Assembly: GCA_037190965.1 (NCBI GenBank)
Contig: JBBCKI010000048.1
Span: 64,001-128,000, forward strand
Source of the DNA: Chthoniobacteraceae bacterium
GTDB taxonomy: Bacteria > Verrucomicrobiota > Verrucomicrobiia > Chthoniobacterales > Chthoniobacteraceae
Direction of reading: 5' to 3'
DNA: 64,000 nt
Part shown: positions 56,976 to 64,000 of the stretch, one piece after another
Layout of the letters: every line of letters begins with the position of its first letter
How positions within the stretch are numbered: position 1 is the stretch's first letter
Notes under the pieces: model-generated
The model's database searches: none
Told to the model about the DNA's origin: nothing
Seen by the model: only the letters and a program-made list of their open reading frames with translations
Program-made: the position numbers and the translations under genes

Positions 56976-58649
56976 ATGAACGTATATTCTTCCCCAAGAC
57001 TTTGGTCCGTTTTTCTTCGGCGGATGATTGTCTTGGGCATCGTATCCGGTGTGCCTCTCTTTGCAGCGGAATCCCCCATCGCAATCACACCCACTCGCGG
57101 CGTTCTCCTTCCCGGCACGTGGAAGGTCTTGGAGAGAGCAACCGACGTGACGCCGCCCTCGCAAACGTTGGTCTCTCCCAGGGAACCGGGGGCCGTCAAG
57201 GTCCTCCTGAGCGCATCGGCCGTCGATGAATCGCGCAAAATCTTTCTTTGCGCCTTCCGCACCGATGTCGTCTCCATGTCACCGCCCATCTGGACCGGCA
57301 AGCAAGCCGAAGACTTCGAACTAAGCAGCTTTTTGAACGGCATTGTGGGTCAAGGCTATATTCCCACCAAGACCGCCGTTCTCCGACCCGGAGAACAGAA
57401 TCAGAATACGCCGATCACCATTCAAGTGAGCGGGAAAAATGCGGCGGGAGAGGCGCGGATCTTTACCAATACCGTCATCAGCGACGGCCGTTCCATCGTC
57501 CGGCTCCACTCCTCACGCCTCGAAGCCGACATGGTTGGCGACACGGAGATCCGTGCGATTCTGCGCTCTCTTTATACAGTTGAAGGGAAAAAATACGATA
57601 GCCTTCCCGAACCGGCTCTCACCACCAATCAGACCATTGCCACAACGCTCGGCGGCTCGGCCACATCCCTCCCTCCTACAGACTTTGATACTGCCGCGTT
57701 TGCAAATCTTGTGCAAAAACACCAGTCGGCTCTGTTGATCGTCGAGGGGCAGAAGAGCGTTGGCAGCGGATTCGTCTGCTCGATCGATGGTCGGGCGTTC
57801 GCCTTTACCAACACACACGTCATCGCCGGAAATCGTACTTTCAAACTGACCACAATTAAAAACACCGCTGTCACCGCCTCGGCTTGCTCGCTTGCTGCCG
57901 GGCGCGACCTCGCCCGGTTTGAAATCCCTGCTCCCGAAATCAATTTTGAGGCCCTGACTGACTTCGAAAATACTGTGAAGATCGGCGATGCCGTGGCCGT
58001 GCCCGGTAATTCCGACGGCGCGAGGGTCGTAACCATCGTTTATGGAAAAGTGGTCGGCATCGGCCCGGACCGAATCGAAATCGACGCCCCTTTTGTCCAA
58101 GGCAATAGCGGCAGCCCGATCATCCATCTCAACTCAGGTAAAGTAATCGGCATCGCCACCTACTTAATCGTGCAGCATAAGTCAGCCTCGGACAGGTCGG
58201 ATTCCGACACAACCCCAACGCCGCGTCGATTCGGATATCGATTGGACCTGATCAATACCTGGGAACCGGTCCAATGGCAGCGATTTTTCTCTCAGGCGGC
58301 AACGATGGAAAACATCGATCTCGTCAGCGCCGACTTCGTCAAACTTTGCGATCAATCAGGTTCCAATGACATGTTGAATTCCGCTCATTATTCAAGTGCC
58401 ACCGTAAGACGCGCCGTCGAAACATTTGCCGCAGCCGTCCGGGGCAACAGGAACATGAGCCAGGCAGACAGGAAAAACCATGCCCGCCGGTTTATCGCCG
58501 ATCTACGATCGGCAAGTCGCAACGATATCCAGGCGTTCACCTCGCAAAATGTCCACGACTACTTCCGTCGTCGGGCGGAAGAGCAGAATCAGTTTCGCAA
58601 CGAGTGGTATGATGCGTTGACGCGCATCATGCAAGCCCAGATGAACTAG
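56976..58649 (+). CDS. exported trypsin-like serine protease with extra N- and C-terminal domains
   Basis: GSGF, TNTHV (His), RDLA (Asp) and GNSGSP (Ser). Confidence 0.82.
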   Translation: MNVYSSPRLWSVFLRRMIVLGIVSGVPLFAAESPIAITPTRGVLLPGTWKVLERATDVTPPSQTLVSPREPGAVKVLLSASAVDESRKIFLCAFRTDVVSMSPPIWTGKQAEDFELSSFLNGIVGQGYIPTKTAVLRPGEQNQNTPITIQVSGKNAAGEARIFTNTVISDGRSIVRLHSSRLEADMVGDTEIRAILRSLYTVEGKKYDSLPEPALTTNQTIATTLGGSATSLPPTDFDTAAFANLVQKHQSALLIVEGQKSVGSGFVCSIDGRAFAFTNTHVIAGNRTFKLTTIKNTAVTASACSLAAGRDLARFEIPAPEINFEALTDFENTVKIGDAVAVPGNSDGARVVTIVYGKVVGIGPDRIEIDAPFVQGNSGSPIIHLNSGKVIGIATYLIVQHKSASDRSDSDTTPTPRRFGYRLDLINTWEPVQWQRFFSQAATMENIDLVSADFVKLCDQSGSNDMLNSAHYSSATVRRAVETFAAAVRGNRNMSQADRKNHARRFIADLRSASRNDIQAFTSQNVHDYFRRRAEEQNQFRNEWYDALTRIMQAQMN

Positions 58650-58799
58650 TATTACTGCGCTAGATTAGCGAGGGATGAAGCTTTTCTTCAACCCTCCGGT
58701 TCACCCTCTCATTCCAGAACCAAGATATAGATAGCGCGATCTTCAAGGATTTTTGAGAGATGCTTTAAAGTTCCGCGCAAGGGCGCTCCCGCGCCAATG

Positions 58800-58831
58800 A
58801 AAACGGCGAAAGACGAATTCGCCTTTCGCCG
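58800..58831 (-). terminator. terminator downstream of the aminotransferase
   Basis: CGGCGAAAG...CTTTCGCCG stem with a T-run on the minus strand. Confidence 0.6.
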
Positions 58832-58859
58832 CCCAAAACTACCGAGGTACTCGGCCTTA

Positions 58860-59933
58860 CTAGCCCTTCAGGCAATCATCCAACCAGCCGAGCAACTGCG
58901 TAATGCTCTCCTCGGTCTCGTCGCCCATGTTGGAGATGCGGAAGGTTTTCCCCTTCAGCTTGCCGTAACCGCCGTCGATGACGGCATGGTAACGCTCCTT
59001 GAGCTTTGCGTTGAGCGCGGCGACGTCGATCTCGCGGTTGTTCTTCACGCAGGTGAGCGACTTGGAGCGATACCCTTCCGGCGCAAAAAACTCGAAGCCG
59101 TTGCGGATCACCCAGTCATGGACGAGGCCGTTGAGCTTCTCGTGCCGCGCGTGGCGGGCCTCCACGCCTTCGGCGAAGATGTCCTCCAGCTTGGACTGGA
59201 GCGCGTAGATGTGGGAGATCGACGGCGTGCTCGGCGTCATGTCGTCGGCCTGGTTCTTTTTGAACTCGATGAAATCGAAGTAATAGCCGCGATCATTCAT
59301 CGTGGCGGCGCGGGCAAAGGCGCGCTCGGAGGCGGCAAAGAGCGCAAGGCCCGGAGGCATCGCGAGCGCCTTCTGGCTGCCGGTGAGCAGCACGTCAATG
59401 CCGAGTTCGTCCATCGGGATCGGCACCACCGAAAACGAGGAGACGGTGTCGACGATGAGCAGAACATCGGGGTACTTCTTCACCACGTCGCAAATCGCCT
59501 TGAGCGGGCTCATCACGCCGGTGGAGGTTTCGTTATGAATGAGCGTCACGGTGTCGAACTCGCCCGTGGCAAGCTTGGCGTCGAGCGCTTCGGGACAGAT
59601 CGGTTGACCCCACTCCACCTGCAACCCTTCGGCTTGCTTGCCGCAACGGCGCGAGACGTCGAGCCATTTGTCCGAGAAGGCGCCGCACATGCAGTTGAGC
59701 ACTTTCTTGGCGACGAGGTTGCGGATCGCCCCCTCCATCACGCCCCATGCCGAGGAGGTGGAGAGAAACACCGGCTGCTTCGTGCCGAAAAGGGTCTGAA
59801 GCTGCGGTTGAATGGCTGCGTAGAGCTTCTTGAAGTCGTTACTGCGGTGGCCGATCATCGGCTTGCAAAACGCCGCGAAGGTTTTCTGCGAAACTTCCAC
59901 GGGGCCGGGAATGAAGAGTTTGGTGTGTGGCAT
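58860..59933 (-). CDS. class V aminotransferase (alanine/serine-glyoxylate family)
   Basis: FIPGP, HNETSTGV, VDTVSS, GSQKALAMPPG and FRISNMG motifs. Confidence 0.92.
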   Translation of the reverse strand: MPHTKLFIPGPVEVSQKTFAAFCKPMIGHRSNDFKKLYAAIQPQLQTLFGTKQPVFLSTSSAWGVMEGAIRNLVAKKVLNCMCGAFSDKWLDVSRRCGKQAEGLQVEWGQPICPEALDAKLATGEFDTVTLIHNETSTGVMSPLKAICDVVKKYPDVLLIVDTVSSFSVVPIPMDELGIDVLLTGSQKALAMPPGLALFAASERAFARAATMNDRGYYFDFIEFKKNQADDMTPSTPSISHIYALQSKLEDIFAEGVEARHARHEKLNGLVHDWVIRNGFEFFAPEGYRSKSLTCVKNNREIDVAALNAKLKERYHAVIDGGYGKLKGKTFRISNMGDETEESITQLLGWLDDCLKG

Positions 59934-60042
59934 GTGACTGAAAGCTGCGGGTCTGAGAAAAATCGAGGGGAAGAGTAAAGAGCATCCCGGCGGTTTCGAA
60001 AATGCTAAATTTTAGGACCCGGTGCAACTGATGCACCTCGAC

Positions 60043-60077
60043 GTCGATGCCCGCGCTCTCGGCGAGAGCGGACTACC
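60043..60077 (-). repeat. solo REP of the REPIN-like family
   Basis: Reverse complement GGTAGTCCGCTCTCGCCGAGAGCGCGGGCATCGAC. Confidence 0.8.
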
Positions 60078-60269
60078 TTGCCGGATTGGCAAACGGAGCT
60101 TTTCTCTATAGCGTTTCTCGGAAATAATTTCCGGAAGGCAATGGGAGCGCCGTGGCTTCTGGAGCAAGGAACAAAGCGCAGTGGCTGGGGCCGTAGTGCC
60201 CCTGCCCAAGCTTAGCGACGCCGCGCCAGAGACCGCGCCGCCCCAGTACATCCGGAAAGGAGAGATGCT

Positions 60270-62747
60270 CTATTCCCAGATGAAATGCTCCAGCCTCAAA
60301 CGGCTTGCGCTTTTTGCCGCTTCCTCGGCTCGCGGCCCCTCCAGGGCGGCCATCTTCCGGTAGATGCCGATGGCGCTTTTCCATTGCCCCTGCGCTTCGC
60401 AGAGACGTCCGGCATCGAACCCGGCTTTGTAAAACCAGTAGTACTCCTCAGGCTCGGCGAGCCCCGCCTCCAGGACGTCGTAGTAAGCCGCCAACGCCTC
60501 TTCCGGCCGGGCCAATGCTTCCAGCAGACGCCCCTTCTGGTAGAGCGCCTGGCTGCGCCAGGTTACCCCAAGGCCGGGCTCGGCGGCCAGATGCGTGTAC
60601 AGCTCGAGCGCCTGCTGGGAAAGCGCCCGATCTTTCTCTCCCAACTCAGCGAGGTTTTCGGCCTTCCCGGCGAGCGCGGCAAAACGCACCTCGGCGGGTG
60701 GGTCCGCCCGCAAAATCGCGTCGTAGAGAAGAATCGCCTCATCCTGCTTTCCCATCCGGTTTTTGGCCAGCGCCTGCTGGAGCCGAACCTGGAGCTTGAG
60801 CGGGCCATCCATCTTGGCGGCCTCCGCAAACAATTCGATGGCGCGATCGATGGCTCCTTCGCTCATCCGCTTCATCGAAGCCTGCCCGGCCAGAAACAGC
60901 GCCGCCTCCACGAGCGGCGAGGCGGAATTCTCTTTCGCAAGCGTTTCGAACTGAGTCTGCGCGCCCGCGAAATCGCCCGTGCGAAAATAAACCTGCCCAA
61001 GCTTCATCCGGACCTCGGGCCGCTTTGCGGCAAGGGGGTACTGCTCCAGAAATGCCTGACAGAGCGCGGCCACTTTCTCGTCGTCGCGAGGCGTGGCGGC
61101 GTCGGCGACAAAAATGGCCAGATACGCGGATTGCTGCAACGCTTGGGGGGAAGGGCTCACTTCATCGCTCGATCCCGTCTCATTGACGACCTTCAAAACT
61201 TCGGATGCACCCGCCGCGTCGTTCCCGGCAAGCCGAAGTTCGGCAAGGGCGATCCTCGCCTCGGCGACACGCGGGTTGTCCCGGAAATCATGAATGAACT
61301 GCCGCAGCGTCGCCTCGGCTTGCGCGACATGGGCAGGCCCCTGCCGGGCCTGAAGCAGCCCCTCCTCCAGAATCAACTCGCGACGATACGGGCTGTCGGG
61401 CACCCGAGTGCTCAGTTCCTTGTAGTCCTGCAAAAAACGGGAAAAATTCCCCTGGTGCAACCATGAGAGCGCGGAGTTGAACACCGCCCGCTCCCAAAGC
61501 GCGGGCGCGCGTTCCCCTGCCGCGCGAAAAACCGTGGCGGCGAGGACGAATTCGCCCTCCTGAAAAGAGACGGTGGCCGAAGCCATCTCGATCTCCGCGC
61601 GTTCGAGATCGGTTTGCGACGCGCGCATCGCGCCATCCAGCGCAACCTGCGCCTCGCGAAATTTCTTCTCCTCGGTCAATAACCGCCCTTGCATCAGCAA
61701 CGCGGGAGCAAGCATCGGGTGCCGGGGGAACCGTTCGCCGTAGTTTTCCAGCGCACGAAGCGCGCGCTCCCGTTTCCCCGCCCGCGTATAGGCTTTGGAG
61801 AGATAATAGGCGGCGAAGCCGGCGCGTTGTTTGTGAAGGTTCGGTTCGCGCTCGGCCCATTTTTGCAGTTCGGAATCCGACGCGCTCTCCTCCCCCGCGT
61901 AGATTTCATCCAACTTGGCGAAGATCTCGCCGAGCCGGGGGCTCTCCGGGTATCGCCAGATAAACTGCTCCAGCACATTGTCCGCCGCGGCAAGCCCGCT
62001 CAGCTGTGCCCGCGAATCGCTCATGCCCAGCAATGCGCCCGTGATCAAATCCATTGTGAGACCCGACGAAGCGGGATCGCGCTGCAAGCTCTCAAACCTC
62101 CCCAACGCATACGCCGGATGCCCTTCCGCCAAAAGCAGACGCGCTTCCACATACTGCTTCCATTTTTCTGCCGCCGGAGTGCCGGGCCGGATCCCGGGAA
62201 GAAGCGCGGCGCATTTCTTAAGCTCGCCGCCCTCCAGATAGAGCTCCGCCAGCCGCAGGCTCGCGGTTTCCGTCGGATGCGTCAGGCTTTCCAGCGCGGT
62301 AATCGCCTCCGGCAGCCGGTTGAGAGCGCGCAGCGACTCCGCCTTTCCCAAAGCGGCCAGGGCCGAATCCTGCCCCTGCGGGTGCGCGTCATAGAACGCG
62401 CCATAAACCGTCAATGCTTCCTCCCAGCGCTTCAGCGCGGCATTGGCCCGCCCTTCAAGCAATGGCGCGGAGACCCCCGGTTCCTTCAATTCCTTGAGCG
62501 CCTCTTCGAAACGGCCTGCCGCAAGGAGCGCTTCGGCAAGTTTCGTGCGAACCTGCACCTGCACTCCTTCCTCCAAAGGCGCGTTCAACTGTTCGCGCAG
62601 CTTGACCACGGCCACCTCGGGCACTCCGCTCTCCAGCGGCTCCAAGGCCCGATCCAACCCCGGATCGGGCGCGGCAACCGCAGCGGATACCGCCAGGAAA
62701 AAAGCGGCCACGGGAAAACGATGTTTCAGGAAAGCGTCGGCATTCAT
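60270..62747 (-). CDS. exported TPR-repeat protein
   Basis: Signal peptide; repeated helical units with YP/FP turns; ATGA overlap with uvrA. Confidence 0.8.
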   Translation of the reverse strand: MNADAFLKHRFPVAAFFLAVSAAVAAPDPGLDRALEPLESGVPEVAVVKLREQLNAPLEEGVQVQVRTKLAEALLAAGRFEEALKELKEPGVSAPLLEGRANAALKRWEEALTVYGAFYDAHPQGQDSALAALGKAESLRALNRLPEAITALESLTHPTETASLRLAELYLEGGELKKCAALLPGIRPGTPAAEKWKQYVEARLLLAEGHPAYALGRFESLQRDPASSGLTMDLITGALLGMSDSRAQLSGLAAADNVLEQFIWRYPESPRLGEIFAKLDEIYAGEESASDSELQKWAEREPNLHKQRAGFAAYYLSKAYTRAGKRERALRALENYGERFPRHPMLAPALLMQGRLLTEEKKFREAQVALDGAMRASQTDLERAEIEMASATVSFQEGEFVLAATVFRAAGERAPALWERAVFNSALSWLHQGNFSRFLQDYKELSTRVPDSPYRRELILEEGLLQARQGPAHVAQAEATLRQFIHDFRDNPRVAEARIALAELRLAGNDAAGASEVLKVVNETGSSDEVSPSPQALQQSAYLAIFVADAATPRDDEKVAALCQAFLEQYPLAAKRPEVRMKLGQVYFRTGDFAGAQTQFETLAKENSASPLVEAALFLAGQASMKRMSEGAIDRAIELFAEAAKMDGPLKLQVRLQQALAKNRMGKQDEAILLYDAILRADPPAEVRFAALAGKAENLAELGEKDRALSQQALELYTHLAAEPGLGVTWRSQALYQKGRLLEALARPEEALAAYYDVLEAGLAEPEEYYWFYKAGFDAGRLCEAQGQWKSAIGIYRKMAALEGPRAEEAAKSASRLRLEHFIWE

Positions 62748-64000
62748 GGGAGCATCCTCTTCAAATACCGCCCCGTATGGCTGGCCTCAAGCGCGGCGAT
62801 CTCCTCGGGCGTCCCCTCTCCGACGATGGTGCCGCCCCCTTCTCCCCCTTCGGGCCCCATGTCGATGATCCAGTCGGCGCATTTGATCATCTCAAGATTA
62901 TGCTCGATGACGACGAGCGTGTTGCCGCTGTCGCGCAGCTTGAGTAGTACTTCCAGCAGCTTGTGAATGTCCGCAAAATGCAAGCCTGTTGTCGGCTCGT
63001 CGAGGATGTAAACCGTCCGCCCGGTGGCTTTCTTGGCCAGTTCCGCCGCGAGCTTCACGCGTTGCGCCTCGCCGCCGGAAAGCGTCGTCCCGGCCTGCCC
63101 GAGCCGGACATACCCGAGCCCCACGTCTTCCAGCGCCACGAGCCGATCCGAGATCGTCGGGACACTGCGGAAAAACCGCGCGGCCTCGTCCACGGTCATG
63201 TCGAGAATGTCGGCGATGTTCTTCCCCTTGTAGGTAATCTCCAGCGTCTCTCGATTATAGCGCCGCCCCCGGCAAACTTCACACTCCACGTAGACATCCG
63301 CCAGGAAGTGCATCTCGATCTTGATGACCCCGTCGCCCTCGCAATTCTCGCAGCGGCCCCCTTTGACGTTGAAGGAGAAACGCCCCTGGTCGTAACCGCG
63401 CACGCGGGAGGCGGGAAGCTGCGCAAAGAGAGAACGGATCGGCCCGAACGCGCCGGTGTAAGTCACCGGGTTGGAACGCGGCGTGCGGCCGATCGGCGAC
63501 TGATCAATGACAATCGCCTTGTCCACCTGATCGAGTCCCAGCAGGGCACGGTGTTTCCCGGGGCGATCCTTGGAGTGATAAAAATGACGGAAAAGCGCCC
63601 GGCGAAGAATGTCGTCCACGAGCGTCGATTTACCGCTGCCGGAAACACCGGTAACGGCGGTAAAACACCCGAGCGGAAATGAAGCCGTGATATTCTTGAG
63701 ATTGTTCTCCTGCGCGCCTGCGACCGTCAGCCATCCGCTGGAGAGCACCCGACCGTCCATCGCGAACTCCCGCCTTCCTTCCGGAGCGACGCGGCGGCGC
63801 GGCACGGGAATGCCGAGACGGCCCGAGAGATAATCAGCAGTGAGCGACCCCTGCGTGGCGAGGACCTCTTCCAGGGTCCCCTGCGCGACGAGATGCCCGC
63901 CGCGTACCCCGGCTCCCGGCCCGAGGTCGAGCACGTGATCGGCGGCACGGATCGTGTCTTCATCGTGTTCGACGACGATCACGGAATTTCCCAGATCGCG
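62744..64000 (-). CDS. uvrA: excinuclease ABC subunit A (5' end outside window)
   Basis: [24 protein letters not shown], Zn finger and [12 protein letters not shown] motifs. Confidence 0.97.
   Translation of the reverse strand, partial: RDLGNSVIVVEHDEDTIRAADHVLDLGPGAGVRGGHLVAQGTLEEVLATQGSLTADYLSGRLGIPVPRRRVAPEGRREFAMDGRVLSSGWLTVAGAQENNLKNITASFPLGCFTAVTGVSGSGKSTLVDDILRRALFRHFYHSKDRPGKHRALLGLDQVDKAIVIDQSPIGRTPRSNPVTYTGAFGPIRSLFAQLPASRVRGYDQGRFSFNVKGGRCENCEGDGVIKIEMHFLADVYVECEVCRGRRYNRETLEITYKGKNIADILDMTVDEAARFFRSVPTISDRLVALEDVGLGYVRLGQAGTTLSGGEAQRVKLAAELAKKATGRTVYILDEPTTGLHFADIHKLLEVLLKLRDSGNTLVVIEHNLEMIKCADWIIDMGPEGGEGGGTIVGEGTPEEIAALEASHTGRYLKRMLP

Noticed and set aside
58797..59978. 393-aa plus-strand ORF
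   Set aside because: Antisense to the class V aminotransferase.

Overview
GC-rich bacterial chromosomal segment. The gene styles suggest Verrucomicrobiota (Spartobacteria/Chthoniobacterales-like), which is an inference. Bases 1-14.4 kb hold a minus-strand core cluster: tRNA-Thr, tuf, tRNA-Trp, secE, nusG, rplKAJL, rpoBC, a PduO-type adenosyltransferase and a partial rpsB. The rest is mixed housekeeping and accessory: hisG, an unannotated 34-aa bS22-like ORF, TPR proteins, putA, a sugar locus (SBP-permease fusion, repeat-insert permease, AraC, ThuA, Gfo/Idh/MocA), rpoN, glycosyltransferases, maf, sufSU, an aldolase, an MFS transporter, gltB with a divergent atypical Lrp-like regulator, a ClC protein, a heparinase II/III-like secreted protein, recQ, a serine protease, a class V aminotransferase and a partial uvrA. 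I saw no transposase, prophage, rRNA or CRISPR array. The most interesting items are: (1) a ~150-bp GTAG-REP doublet (REPIN-like) family with a fixed flanking hairpin, whose core is inverted in one copy; (2) a two-gene sugar ABC importer whose permease carries tandem GH42-like repeats; (3) a heparinase-like protein with altered His motifs; (4) a pair of small secreted coiled-coil paralogues divergent from rpoN, with a sigma54-type site upstream of rpoN; (5) a structured rplJ-rplL spacer. All calls come from reading motifs by eye; no searches were run.
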